Positions 12,545-27,044 are shown, counted from the first letter of the whole stretch. The stretch: DNA of 63,579 nt, filler included, from Octopus bimaculoides (GCF_001194135.2; 5 parts of 5 records of this genome joined end to end with filler, not necessarily neighbours in it), one strand, 5' to 3'. Notes: a model not told the origin generated them from the letters alone. Numbers and translations are program-made.

Positions 12545-13610
12545 TATACACATACACACACGCACACACACAGAGTACATAAAGGGTGTTTAGTGGAATC
12601 CAAGCCATTGCTTCAATCAGTACTCATATACATACATGCATATACACACGCACACACACACACGTATGTGTGTGTGTATGTGTGTGTGTATGTGTGCGTG
12701 TGTATGTGCGTGCATGTGTTGTGGAAATAAATAGAAAAAGAGGAAAGGGAGAGGGGCGAAAAGAACCAAAAAGAAGTGCAAAGTGAGAGAGAAATAAATA
12801 TATTGGTAAAGGGTGTGGCAAAGGGGGGTGGGTTGGCAAAAGAGCGTTGGGCAGAATACGTTTGGCGTATTGAGTTAAAATGCATTATGTCCTGGTCTAA
12901 AACCCCACCAAGGTCAGCTTTGCCTTCTATGCCTCTCGGGGTCGATAAAATATACTACCAGTCAAGTACTGGAGTCAATGAAATCGTCTAACTAGCTCGC
13001 ACCATATTTTTCAGGTCCTGTGATTATAGTTGAGGGAAAACATGAAAATAGCAACTATGACTGTTTTGTATTTTAAGTGAATATTCTATGTCGATGATTG
13101 AGGAAGAGAGAACGAGTCTTCTTTGAGGAGCAAACGGTAACAAGGTACATCAGGGGTTCATGAAAACCATAAAGAAAATCTGCTTCCATTCTAAATATTT
13201 CATTTACAGATTCGCTTTTCAATGGTGAAATACACACGCAACCCTCGCTCCCCCCCACACACACGCGCGCGCACGCGTGTGTGTGTATGCGCGTATATAT
13301 ATATATATATGTATATATAGATATATAAATGTATAAATATGTTTAAATCCATACACACAGACATATATGTGTGTATCTAATATGAATAGGTACGTATCAA
13401 TACATTGTTCATATGCATATATATNNNNNNNNNNNNNNNNNNNNNNNNNNNNNNNNNNNNNNNNNNNNNNNNNNNNNNNNNNNNNNNNNNNNNNNNNNNN
13501 NNNNNNNNNNNNNNNNNNNNNNNNNNNNNNNNNNNNNNNNNNNNNNNNNNNNNNNNNNNNNNNNNNNNNNNNNNNNNNNNNNNNNNNNNNNNNNNNNNNN
13601 NNNNNNNNNN

Positions 13611-13647
<37 letters not shown>

Positions 13648-13909
13648 CACATCACACAATGCATACAATACACTACACAATTTTTCTCCTTGAAGGCAAC
13701 AGCTAGCAGTGTGCATAAATGTTTAATTAGAAAAGCTGCAACCGAAACTTGGCCATTAGCTTCTCTGGCAGCAGAACTCTCCATACATTTGCAATAGTTG
13801 ATCCATGCCGCTCAAACAAGCACAGAAATTCTTTATTTCTTGACGTGCTTTCTCTTCTTCTGCAGATGGATGCATGGATGGATGGATGGGTGGATATGTG
13901 TAAGTGTTT

Positions 13910-14130
13910 GCATAGCCAAGTGGTTAGGGTATTGCACACACGATCGCCGGACCGTGGTTTCAGTTCTTGGACCGGGTAGCGCAATGCCTTCTTCAGCAAA
14001 ACTCTCCATCTCGCGTTTTCTGCGACCACTTCGACGTCTGACGCGTGGCACACCAACCGCCTGTTCAGGTAACGCGATGGAGGGAGTGAGCTAATGTGAG
14101 GCACGTGCATTTGATCACTATAAGCAAATC
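13910..14130 (+). mobile_element. tRNA-head SINE-like element (distinct family)
   Basis: A-box-like tagccaagtggttagg and B-box-like ggtttcagttcttgg, followed by a unique body. Confidence 0.45.
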
Positions 14131-14599
14131 AATTGTGTGCAGGATGTTGAGCAAGAAAATGCAGTGTCGTTTTTCTCGGACTACGAGAAACTGCCATCAT
14201 ATCCGTGTGTGTGGTATGTGCTCGAAACGCGAAGCAGAAAAAACAGGGGACAACAGATGAAGGGATTGTTCTTTATGTTGCCTGTCTCGCTTCCCTTTTT
14301 TGTTTCTTTCGTTGTTCGAAAAAAGTTCGTTTTCCATGTTTTTGTTTTTTTATGTTCTCGTTTTTCATTTTGTTCACGTTTCTTTTACGTCCTGTATCCA
14401 TATATGCATGTATATATACATATATATGTAGGTATGTACATGTGTGTATGTATATATGCATATATATATATATATATATATATGCATATATATATATATN
14501 NNNNNNNNNNNNNNNNNNNNNNNNNNNNNNNNNNNNNNNNNNNTTAATTAATTAANNNNNNNNNNNNNNNNNNNNNNNNNNNNNNNNNNNNNNNNNNNN

Positions 14600-14638
<39 letters not shown>

Positions 14639-15081
14639 TATACACATATATAAATATGCGTGTGTGTGCATATATGTGCGTGTGTATGTATGCGTGCATG
14701 TATCCATGTATGTATGCATGTATGTATATATGCATGCATATATATATGTATGCATGTATGTATGAGTGTATGTATGTATGTATGTATGTATACATGTATG
14801 TATTTATGCATCTATTTATGTATGTATGTATGTATGTATGCATGTATGTATGTATGTATTTATATATGTATTATGCTTTTATCATAGCTGATGTAAGACA
14901 TGCGGTTATCTCCACAAAAGAAATAAATTACAATCTGAAATAAATTACAAGCTGCTCGCCTGAAATTTTGCTGTTCTCCGTTATTTGGCTATTAAAAGTA
15001 AGAGTATCGGAATGTTGAGAATGTTTGAGAAAAACACCTTTGTAAGAGATATATCTTTGTAGCAGTTCACGTATGTTTGAA

Positions 15082-15138
<57 letters not shown>

Positions 15139-17445
15139 GAGTTAAATAAGTAGAGAGATAAATAGGTAAGTATATATATGTATACACACATACACACACT
15201 CATACACGCACACACATATATATCATATTATCTATATATACACAGAGAAGAAGAGGTACAGATTGGCGGATAGAAGAAAAGACAGGTAGATATATAGGTA
15301 AATTAGTAGATAGATAAATAAGAAAATAAACAGACAAGTAGATCAGTGGGGAGAAAGTGAGAGATAGAGATAGCGAGAGATAGCGAAAGAGAAACAGACA
15401 GAGCATATAATGAGGTCTGTCAAGAGCGTTTTGAGACTCAGTGTCAGCAAAATATGTTGTAAAAGGGAATTCAATCCTTTGTGTGTCTATGTATACATGT
15501 AACATGTTTTTGTTGTCAGGTGGTACTAATTACGTAATCACTTGGGAAGGAATTAGCAGCAGGCATTGCTTTTGAAAATCTTCATGTAGAAATGTTTCTT
15601 CTAATTACCGACTGAACAAAATGTCAAAAGTTTTAGAATATGGTTTTGATTCCATAAGTTAGAGAAGTACGTTTGTATAACAGATACACTGAATGAACTT
15701 TGGGAAGTCGCTCAAAAGCTTGGCGTTTTTCAATAAACATGACTGCAAATAAGTTTCAGTTAGAGGTTCACGTACTGACAACTGGATAAGAAATCATAAC
15801 TTCATGTAAAGTAATGAACAACTTATAATTTCATTGTATCGTGGTAGAGTCATATAGGCATTTATAATACAAACAGATCTCGCTATTTTCACTGTTGTTT
15901 TATCTTGTTATAGCACCATGTGCAATGAAGTATCAAAAGCATCTCCTCGTATATCTATAGCATACTGAAACGACGCTTTCCATAATCACTGGTGCATCAC
16001 TATCAATACAAATTTTTCACTTTCAGCACACAATCTAACATTACGACACTTGCTAAGATTTATTCAGCATGGACTGCCTACTCCTGTGACGAGACAGACG
16101 AAACTATGCCCAGAAATATTGATTTTACTGAAATTTACTGAGGCATGTCGATTATTTTATGAAAACTATAATAATCATCAAAAAAGAAAAATAGTTAAAA
16201 AAAGAGTCCTAAAATCAAAGGCATTTGACATATTCGCGTGAATGTTAAAGATGGTATTATTTATTTGTCAAGCTTCTGTATTGTTTGTGATCTAATTGAA
16301 TTAGTCATTGAGCTAAGCTTAGGTGTTGCTACAAGTTAGAACTCTTTCATTTTGAATAGAACAAAAGATCTCGAAGATAAAATTGGCAAACCAATTTAAT
16401 CATGAATCCTTAGATATGTGTGGGTTTTAATACTGAAGGTATATTTCGGCAGGGAGATTAGTCCATGATTGTTTTCAGTAAATATTTGCAAATATTATGA
16501 TAAAGCTGTTGCCCCTGATCCGAACACACATACATAAAAACAAAGTTAAATAATAAAATTCAAGTAGATAGTAAAATTCAGATCGTGTACACTCGCAGAA
16601 AATCATTTCAATATAGTTTTAAAAGTTTATATTTCTCTAAAGATAAATGGGTTTATTGTTTTAGGTAAAGGTTATCCTGTAAGAATGAGAGAAGCCATCT
16701 TTAATAGGAACTAATTAAAGATTCACGCATCCATTTCCAAGTAATAACTCTGATGCACACACTACAACTATCTCTATTCTCCCTTTAGTCCACTATTATT
16801 ATTCTTTCTTCCTGTTTTTCTTCTCCTCCCCTTCACCGTTCTCTTTCTCTCCCTCTCTTTCCCTCACTCTTCCTCTTTAACTCTCTCATTGCTCACAGGT
16901 GACCAGCAGCTATCGTTCTTTCTTTCTCTTGCTTTACAAGAGACAAGACCTACTTTTGCATGTCTCCTGTCATAGTTTCTTTCTTCAGCGTTCACCACAT
17001 TACCTCGTTATGGCTTAACAGCCCTTACCATTTGTTTTTACTATTTTGTTCTCACTGTCCTGTTTTTGTTACCACTTTAACCCTCCCAAAATCCCAGATT
17101 TTATTTAATTTGCTTTGCGAGAACGACTGTTTTAACAAAGTCACATCTTGTCCCAACGTTCGAAACGCGGAGTAGATAAAACAGGTGACAACTGAGGAAG
17201 GGATTGTTCTTTATGTTGCCTGTCTCGTTTCTCTACTTGCTTTTTTCGTTGTTCGAAAAAAGTTCATTTTCCATATTTGTGTCTTTTTTATGTTCTCGTT
17301 TTTCCTTTTGCTCACATTTTTTGACGTCCTGTACCAATATATGCATGTATATATACATATATGTGTAGGTATGTACGTATATGTATGTATATATGCATAT
17401 ATATAAATATTATATCATATATATATGTATATATGTTTGTGTGCG

Positions 17446-17502
<57 letters not shown>

Positions 17503-18302
17503 NNNNNNNNNNNNNNNNNNNNNNNNNNNNNNNNNNNNNNNNNNNNNNNNNNNNNNNNNNNNNNNNNNNNNNNNNNNNNNNNNNNNNNNNNNNNNNNNNN
17601 NNNNNNNNNNNNNNNNNNNNNNNNNNNNNNNNNNNNNNNNNNNNNNNNNNNNNNNNNNNNNNNNNNNNNNNNNNNNNNNNNNNNNNNNNNNNNNNNNNNN
17701 NNNNNNNNNNNNNNNNNNNNNNNNNNNNNNNNNNNNNNNNNNNNNNNNNNNNNNNNNNNNNNNNNNNNNNNNNNNNNNNNNNNNNNNNNNNNNNNNNNNN
17801 NNNNNNNNNNNNNNNNNNNNNNNNNNNNNNNNNNNNNNNNNNNNNNNNNNNNNNNNNNNNNNNNNNNNNNNNNNNNNNNNNNNNNNNNNNNNNNNNNNNN
17901 NNNNNNNNNNNNNNNNNNNNNNNNNNNNNNNNNNNNNNNNNNNNNNNNNNNNNNNNNNNNNNNNNNNNNNNNNNNNNNNNNNNNNNNNNNNNNNNNNNNN
18001 NNNNNNNNNNNNNNNNNNNNNNNNNNNNNNNNNNNNNNNNNNNNNNNNNNNNNNNNNNNNNNNNNNNNNNNNNNNNNNNNNNNNNNNNNNNNNNNNNNNN
18101 NNNNNNNNNNNNNNNNNNNNNNNNNNNNNNNNNNNNNNNNNNNNNNNNNNNNNNNNNNNNNNNNNNNNNNNNNNNNNNNNNNNNNNNNNNNNNNNNNNNN
18201 NNNNNNNNNNNNNNNNNNNNNNNNNNNNNNNNNNNNNNNNNNNNNNNNNNNNNNNNNNNNNNNNNNNNNNNNNNNNNNNNNNNNNNNNNNNNNNNNNNNN
18301 NG

Positions 18303-18558
18303 ACATAAACACACCAGTATCGGTTGTCAAGCGATGTTTGGCGGGCAAACACAAACGCACAAACATATGCACACATACATATATACATATATACGATGGG
18401 TTTCTTTCAGTTTCCGTCTACCAAATCTACTCACAAGGCTTTGGTCGGCCCGAGGCTATAGTAGAAGACACTTACACAAGGTGCCACGCAGTGAGACTGA
18501 ACCCGGAACTATGTGGTTTCTTAAGCAAGCTACTTACCACACAGCCACTCCTACGCCT
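18303..18558 (-). mobile_element. CORE-type tRNA SINE, family B
   Basis: Reverse complement of ggcgtaggagtggctgtgtggtaagtagcttgc..ggttcagt..gcgtggcacct..tgtcttctactatagcctcgggccgaccaaagccttgtgagt; same family as 35887 and 48380. Confidence 0.85.
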
Positions 18559-18638
18559 AAAAAAATATGGAACGCTTCACGAATTTGAGTGTCATCTTTG
18601 CGCGGAGTTAAACGCAGGTGTTATTCAAATTCTTTTAC

Positions 18639-18723
18639 TTCCGACACCTGTTTCAAAGATATCACTGGTATTATTCCAAAGGAATAAAATGGTGTAAAAC
18701 AATGTAATCTTCTCTTCAGGGAA
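18639..18723 (-). ncRNA. Type I hammerhead ribozyme motif in the PLE 3' pseudo-LTR
   Basis: Minus strand reads ttcc-CUGAAGA-g aagau...aucuu u-GAAA-c aggu GUC-ggaa. Stem I is ttcc/ggaa; stem II carries an internal hairpin; stem III is short. Confidence 0.75.
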
Positions 18724-20405
18724 ATGAAGAAATGAAACTCGTCAATAAGACATCTTAACAGAATATGATGGATATGTATACTAATTAATTGAACACTATT
18801 AAGTTTTTAAGAAAAAACGTTAGAGGATAAAACGTCAAAGGTAGCCGAAAGAAAGAGGAGGGGTAAAGGAAAGAAAAAGAAACAAATAAATGAGAAGTAC
18901 ATAACGATATGTAATTTAAATAAAACCCTAAAATCTTGGAGAAAGACATATCTAGTGAATGTGAAATGTAAGGAGAAAATTAATGTTTAAATTATATATA
19001 ATGATAGATATCACTTATATGAACTAAAGGTGTGTTTCTGCTAATGTTTACATCGGTATGCACGCTCTATAACCGTATTTACAAGGGGATTATTAGAAAA
19101 AAGAATAAAAAATAGTTCAGAATTACAGAGAAGACAGAATTCTTTGCCTTTATCATAAGGGATCAAAATTGAGAGAATCAACCAATCTAAATTAAATTGT
19201 TTATTGTGGTCTTTTAGATACCAAATCAATTTACTAAGCCCTGTAGTGTTACGTTTATTCCTATCCCTAAATGTAGAGTAATGATTAGAAATTCTTTTAG
19301 ATAACTGAGAAGAAGAACTGCCTATATAAAAAAATACTTCATTACTAGAAGTAATTCTATATACCTGAAGTATATAGAATTTTTAATTTTATAGTTACTT
19401 GACATAAACTTAATTCTGTTGTAATTGACTCCAGATACAATAACCTTACTATAAATATTTCTAGGGGGATGGATGTTATTATCTAAATTAATGTTAGTAT
19501 TAGTAAATGTATCCCTATTTAACAGGCTAATATCATGTGAGGAGATAATTTGTAAGAGATTTTTTTGTGTTAAAAAACCAATCCTAGCCGTGTGTGAGTT
19601 GATAATAGAGTAATACCTAGAATTCTTTGCAAAATTCCTAATAATAGCTTCACGAAACTGCAAAGGCAGATTAGATTTAATTTGCCTCCCATAAGCAATA
19701 ACTAACCAAATAGTTTTACTATTAGTTACCTTATTTTTAGTGTAACTATCTTTGAATGAAAGACATAGATTTACCTTTAGAATGAAAAAAGGGGTTTAAA
19801 TAAGGGTTATCTCCCTTCCTCTGTTTGGTGTTGGCGTATAAATTAAAATTGATATCGTTTATATACTTACAACTAGATTTCATGTCTGCATTAGTAAAGG
19901 TAGAATAAGATTGAATGGAATTAATGTAGGTAACTTTCTCTGTATAACCTGCTTTAAGTAAGGCAGAGTTATAAAATTCGGCCTTATCATTGAAAATGTC
20001 TACTTAGACAGTCTAAATGAAATATTCTTAAATAAGTTCCTAGTAATTGCCCTAGAATGATTACTGAATTTGCTAATATACTTAATATTGGTCGATGGTT
20101 TATGGTATGGGAAGTCTGAGTTATTATATAAGTTAAGTGTAATATCTAAAAAGTTGGCCTTCGTTACATCATCATCAAAAACGATGCATAAGCCTATTCT
20201 ACGGAAAAACTTAACTAAACTATTCTTAGCTTTTTTGTACTTTTTGGTCGGAAACATTTTGAAGGTAAAGTAAACAATCATCACGATATAGACCTCCATT
20301 TATGTTTGGGAACTGTTCTGCCATTTCAAAAAGTGTTCAATTAATTACTATACATATCCATTATATTCTGTTTAACTGACTTATTGACGAGCTTCATTTC
20401 TTCAT

Positions 20406-20488
20406 TTCCCTGAAGAAAAGATTACATTGTTTTACACCATTATTCCTTTGGAATAATACTAGTGATATCTTCGAAACATGTGTCGGAA
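20406..20488 (+). ncRNA. Type I hammerhead ribozyme motif in the inverted PLE pseudo-LTR
   Basis: Plus strand reads ttcc-CUGAAGA(20410-16)-a aagau...aucuu c-GAAA(20473-76)-c augu GUC(20482-84)-ggaa, with an internal attattcc/ggaataat hairpin. Confidence 0.75.
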
Positions 20489-20993
20489 GTAAAAGAATTT
20501 GAATAACACCTGCCTTTAACTCCATTTATATATATATATATATATATGGTAGTTTGTTGAAGGTATCGACACTTCATGCATGCTTGATCCTTTATCCTTT
20601 AATATTCTCACTGTTCTCGGTCTGTTAACGGCTAGGCGTTCAGACGAGTAATATTGACATTGATGTAGCGACATTTGAAATTTTGTTTGGTTGAATCTAG
20701 CCGAAGAGAACTAATCATGTTTACGTTAATAAACGTAATTTGGAAAGTTCAAAACCTTGATTATCCACCTCTGGATTGTACATTTATTTAATGTTCTTCT
20801 TAAAGGTAGGATGAAACTTTTTATATTCGCCGCCCTCAAACATTTTTGCCAGTATATATACACAGTGAAGCTTTATTATAGCGTCGTATATTATCGACTT
20901 TTATTTCCAGTAAATATTGGTACATTGTTGTATCACTATCCTATATATATGAATAAATAAATATATATATATTATATATGAATAAATAAATAA

Positions 20994-21030
<37 letters not shown>

Positions 21031-21764
21031 NNNNNNNNNNNNNNNNNNNNNNNNNNNNNNNNNNNNNNNNNNNNNNNNNNNNNNNNNNNNNNNNNNNNNN
21101 NNNNNNNNNNNNNNNNNNNNNNNNNNNNNNNNNNNNNNNNNNNNNNNNNNNNNNNNNNNNNNNNNNNNNNNNNNNNNNNNNNNNNNNNNNNNNNNNNNNN
21201 NNNNNNNNNNNNNNNNNNNNNNNNNNNNNNNNNNNNNNNNNNNNNNNNNNNNNNNNNNNNNNNNNNNNNNNNNNNNNNNNNNNNNNNNNNNNNNNNNNNN
21301 NNNNNNNNNNNNNNNNNNNNNNNNNNNNNNNNNNNNNNNNNNNNNNNNNNNNNNNNNNNNNNNNNNNNNNNNNNNNNNNNNNNNNNNNNNNNNNNNNNNN
21401 NNNNNNNNNNNNNNNNNNNNNNNNNNNNNNNNNNNNNNNNNNNNNNNNNNNNNNNNNNNNNNNNNNNNNNNNNNNNNNNNNNNNNNNNNNNNNNNNNNNN
21501 NNNNNNNNNNNNNNNNNNNNNNNNNNNNNNNNNNNNNNNNNNNNNNNNNNNNNNNNNNNNNNNNNNNNNNNNNNNNNNNNNNNNNNNNNNNNNNNNNNNN
21601 NNNNNNNNNNNNNNNNNNNNNNNNNNNNNNNNNNNNNNNNNNNNNNNNNNNNNNNNNNNNNNNNNNNNNNNNNNNNNNNNNNNNNNNNNNNNNNNNNNNN
21701 NNNNNATATATATATACATATATATATACATATATACATGTATGTATATGTATAAGTTTGTGTG

Positions 21765-21962
21765 CCTGTGTTTGTCCCTCCAACCATCGTTTGAGAACCG
21801 ATGTTGGTGTGTTTAAGTCCCCGTAACTTAGCGGCTCGGCAAGAGAAACCGATAGGATAAGTACTAAGCTTACAAAGAAGTATTGGAGTCGATTTGTTCG
21901 ATTAAAAGCAGTGCTCCAGCATGGCCGCAGTCAAAGGACTGAAACAAGTAAAAGAATAAAGG
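21765..21962 (+). mobile_element. 3' half of SINE family B
   Basis: tttgtccc..atcg.ttga.aaccgatg.tggtgtgttta.gtccccgtaacttagcgg...ctccagcatggccgcagtcaa..gactgaaacaagtaaaaga, as at 36115-36310. Confidence 0.8.
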
Positions 21963-22364
21963 AATATATATATTAAAGAGAGAGAGGGAAAAGGAGAAAA
22001 AGAGCAAGGTAACGTCTTTTATTCTTTATTTTGACATGCCTCTCATAATTCTTCTTCAACTGTAGATTTCTCTTCATACTCCTTTTGCTTTACATACTAC
22101 CAATCACAGTTTTGCTCCTATTTAATTTAACTGTCTTTAAACTTTGCAGGAGTAAACAGTACAGATGACTATCTTTAGTCTCTAATATGACAAATATATT
22201 ACGACATACATACGCTCACATAAGTGTGTGTGCGTGAGTGTATATATATAGTGTATGTGTGTAAATACATACATATATATGCGCATGTATATGCATATAT
22301 ATATAAATATATATATATATCAAAATATGCATATATGATTTGTATATCTATGAAAGTATGTATG

Positions 22365-22517
<153 letters not shown>

Positions 22518-22530
22518 ATACATACATACA

Positions 22531-22566
<36 letters not shown>

Positions 22567-23014
22567 TATATAAAAGCAGTAATGAATTTCTAAGCGAGAT
22601 ATAAAGAAAATGGGAGATACATGGTGTGGGAGGCGAGAGTTAGATTAATAAACATACACTGGTGTGTTAATAAACATACATCTGTGTGTTTTGTGCGTGT
22701 GCGAGAATATATGCTTTGCGTGTGTAGTTCATTAGTACTCAAATACCGTATTCCTTATTGCTTTCAGTTATTAGAATGTAAGATGATGAGTCATTAAATT
22801 GAAATTTGATCTATACTTTCTTCCAACAAGTAAATGTGCATACACACTCACACACAAACACACATATATACATACATACATACAGACAGAAGACATACAG
22901 ACAGACAAAATCTACACTATATTACACAAACCCGCATCTGCCCACACACATAGATAACAGCGCACGCACACGTACGAACACGCGCGAATGCTCACATATA
23001 TATACACACACTCT

Positions 23015-23185
23015 CTCTCTTTTCCCCTCTCTCTCTTTTCCCCTCTCTCTCTTTTCCCCTCTCTCTCTTTTCCCCTCTCTCTCTTTTCCCCTCTCTCTCT
23101 TTTCCTCTCTCTCTCTTTTCCCCTCTCTCTCTTTTCCCCTCTCTCTTCCCCCCCTCTCTCTCTCTCTCTCTCTCTCCCTCCCTCC
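23015..23185. repeat. Polypyrimidine minisatellite, ~16-bp unit ctctctcttttccc(ct)
   Basis: Direct inspection. Confidence 0.9.
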
Positions 23186-23484
23186 TTCCGTCATGTATAT
23201 TCTCATTTCCATTCATTTGAATATAACTATAGAACCTGTAAACTAAAAGATAGATAGGCAGACAGACTTGAAGCAGACCTGAAATAGAAAGGGTATGTCA
23301 TCGGTGAGCATGCAAAAAGCGACACAAGGACTTTGACAAACCTAGCTCATTGATTGGTTGACCGAAAGATTGCTGAAACAATCGAGTGTTAATAATAGTT
23401 TAAATGGTTAACCAATTGACAAATAAAAAATCAAGAAGTGAAATAGAATCAGTGTGTGTGTTTCATTATTAACATAATGACAAA

Positions 23485-23700
23485 GGCAGCGAGCTGGCAG
23501 AACTATTAGCGCACCGGGCAAAATGCTTAGCAGCATTTCATCCGCCGCTACGTTCTGAGTTCAAATTCCGCCGTGATCTACTTTGCATTTGTCCTTTTGG
23601 GTCGATAAAGTAAGCACCAGTGAATCACTGGGATCGGTATAATCGGCTTACTTCCAACCCTGAACGTGCTGGACTTGTGCCAAAATTTGAAACTATTATT
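23485..23700 (+). mobile_element. tRNA-derived SINE, family A
   Basis: ggcagcgagctggcagaa...ttctgagttcaaattccgcc...gtcgataaagtaagcaccagt. Confidence 0.8.
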
Positions 23701-25725
23701 ATCATAACGACTCTGCCGAGATACAACGAAAAACGATTTTAGACTTCTGTATATACCACAGGGAAAGTAATACAGATTGTAGATATTTATGTGTACTACA
23801 GTGAAAACAATACATACTATACCACAATGAAAACAATATAAAAGTAGACATTTAGTTAAACTACTTTGTGATTAATATATTTGAAGACAATTATATGTAC
23901 CCCAGTAAAAATAATATAAACCACAGACATTTTTATGTACTGCAATAAAAGTAATACAATTCAGGACGTTTATTTATATATAATACAAAGAAAGCAATAC
24001 AACATTAGACAATTATATATAGCGCAGTAAGATTAATACAGCCAAAATATATTTTTACTCTGATCACTGCACTGACAATGTGTCTGCTGAGGCCATTATT
24101 TTAGCCTGGGGATAGCTATCAGCCTACTGAAGTGTTGTGCACAACACGGAAATTATCATTACAATGACATTTACCCTATGCCACATGACAATGCCAGTTT
24201 CCTCTTCAAATTTCCGCCATTTTTGTATAAACGATGAATTCGTTTTGAAATTCTAATGAATGTTTTTTTAACATTTACTAGGGAGAAAAAATCCAACAAT
24301 ATTTCGTTAAGCATACATTTAGTATGATGCTTTTACCTTAATTTCGAGCGACAAATGGAAGTCAGACTAAGTAAATTTTATTGTAGCTAAATAGTTGCCA
24401 GCTGTGTTGTTTTGTTCTATAGTTGAATTCTATTACACATTGTATTAATCATTACATTTAAATACAATTTCTAATATAAAGGAAAACATTGAGATGAAAA
24501 GAACTACAACAAATATCTCAACTGTTGCTAAAACAGCCAATCCGCTCCTTCCTCTTCTTTTTCTTTCCTCTTTGTTCTGTTTTAGTCGTTCCTATTATTT
24601 AGCTGCAGAAGATAAATGTCGAAAAACAAAACTTTCAGATCCTCTAAAATAAAATATGTATCTATGGCAGTAATTAACAGAATTAGCAAGATTAAATACT
24701 TTGTGGCATTCGGTTAAGTAGAATTATACAAGTTAAAGGTCCAAAGTCGATAAGGTAATCAAAAGGGAAACATTGTGCTAAATATAATTGATTGTGTTTT
24801 TGAATACTTTTACTGTGCCCCAGTATGGCCATAATTTGGTGAGTGAAAAAGTAAAATATGAAGAATTTTACAGAAATATTTTCTCAAATAATCACTTCCT
24901 AATTTTTCCAATAATCCCAGGCAAATATTGATTATCTGCCTCCAATGTTTCTTTGAATACTTGCTAATTATTTTACCATATTTTCCCTTAATGGAAACAT
25001 CAATAACATTTTATGTAGAAAAAATTAGCGTATTGAAGGTATTCCTGATTAAGAATTTAGTATTTACAATAACTGATCATAAAAGCAGAAACAATTTTTT
25101 CGAATTAGGAATAATTACATTTACTGTACTTCTTGCATCCTCTCCGAATTCTTTGAAAAGCCAAACTGAAATCAGACCTGTCTGATGTAATTTTATCAGA
25201 GTTAATTCCTTCTTTAGACTTCCTGTTAGTAGAACCAATTGCAGCAAGTTCAAAATAATTACATAAATTGCACAACATCAAATAATTTTTTTTCTTTTGG
25301 CATTTTGCATACTTTACAAAACAAGGTAATTGATATCGATATATTCCTTATTTATATTTTTGGTAAATTTTGCTTTTTTTTAAGGTCACCCTAATTGCCA
25401 TGTACTCTTGATAAAATTCCAATTTACCTTCAAATTAAATTTAATACTCAGCGTGACTTAGAAGAATGAAAGCAAGATGAAACTCTTTACTATGATCTCC
25501 CACATCTACTGATTGAGAATAGAAAATAAAAGGACAATAAAAAACAATTAATTTCCATTTGAATATTTTTAAAATAAGAATGCTGAATAGGAAAACACTT
25601 CCATTAATTGGAACTGGAACTGTACAGAGAATACATTTCTGCTTTTGATTGTGAAATGAGTTGGTGCTGAACTTCAGACAGATTATTTTGACCTACAATT
25701 GAATTCACATTCTTTTACACACACA

Positions 25726-25769
<44 letters not shown>

Positions 25770-25998
25770 CACACACACTCACACACANNNNNNNNNNGTT
25801 ATAATCTAAGGTGTGTCCTCATCAAGCGCATCTGCATATTCCAGTACTCCTAGATCATGTGTAGATATCATAATTGTGTGAGGCATGCATAAAAGTTGAA
25901 ATATATTGGAAAATAAGTTTTGCAGAGTGATTACTTATCAAAAGAGAAGACACGAAAAAAATTATATTAAAAAAATAGATAATGCAAATCTTTTTCTA

Positions 25999-26039
<41 letters not shown>

Positions 26040-26964
26040 GGAAGAAAAATAAAACGCTCGATTGATCTATCGATCTGGCAAATTGGCAGGATCGTATGTA
26101 GATATCATTAATGTGTCGGAGTGCCTGTCTCACGGTATTTGTTATTTGTTTCGACTCACAGCTTTCTGAGTTCCAGTCTCACCAAGGTCAACTTTGTCTT
26201 TCATCCTTTCAGGTTCGATTAAAAAACTGTCCCATTCCACGCCAAGGACTGCTGGAACTGTAACAATATTGCACTGAATGCGTAACAGTATTTGTCCCGG
26301 TTCAAATTTCACCATAGACGTAACCCATCACCTTGTTTAACAGTTTCATCTGACACTTTGCGTACCTTTATTGGTATCTACACTGTTGGAGGCCAAGTTT
26401 CTGGTTAGAAGACACTTTTGCCCCTCCTTTCCATTAGTATTGCAGTCTGTGTAAATGTCTTGGACACTGCTTTGTCTATTGGCTAAAAGAAAATAGTCAA
26501 TATTTCTATTATTCTGCTGACATTAAAATTAAAAGGCTCTTCACATTCGCAATTGTGTACTTTTGTTTGTCTGCCTGTCTGTCTGTGTTTTCCACTTCAT
26601 CTTAATGACAACATAGTTGAACTAGTGAAGGGATCAACTTCAATTACAGCCTCAATAACAGTATTTCTCTCCGACAACATACACATCAATGAAAAGATGT
26701 ATTGTCATGGATTAGTCTTTGTCATAAACTTCGGAACATCAATTTTAAAGTGTTTTGCGTTGATTTAAAGAAATGAAACCCAGGAAATATTTCTAGGTTA
26801 ATTGCAGAATACTTTATCCGACGTCTTTTAAGATAGATTCTATATGTATCTTAAAAGTTTGGAAAGAGAATGCATATCAGTTATTGTAGTATTTCTATGA
26901 TCTACATCAGTCAAAGTATTTCTATTAATTCCACTAATCCTAGTATTATATTACAATAGTCATG

Positions 26965-27044
<80 letters not shown>

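Larger units (their letters stand above)
18604..20523 (-). mobile_element. Penelope-like element (PLE), 5'-truncated, with inverted terminal pseudo-LTRs
   Basis: Minus-strand RT remnants: GGLYRDD (YRDD at 20288-20277) and NFLDITLNL..PYHKP..YISKFSNH. GIY-YIG-type C-terminus RISNHYSTFRDRNKRNTTGLSKLIWYLK...FCLLCNSE...RCKH*. ~175-bp inverted repeats at 18604-18780 and 20349-20523. Confidence 0.9.

Noticed and set aside
15500-17150. Possible highly decayed plus-strand PLE
   Set aside because: Composition and a pyrimidine-rich tail are suggestive, but I could not recover a diagnostic RT or GIY-YIG motif.
25800-25890. Minus-strand ATG CCT CAC ACA (MPHT), matching the start of Drosophila Poxn as I recall it
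   Set aside because: No phase-1 GT donor follows, and the motif is locally duplicated near 26090, so it is probably chance or repeat-derived.
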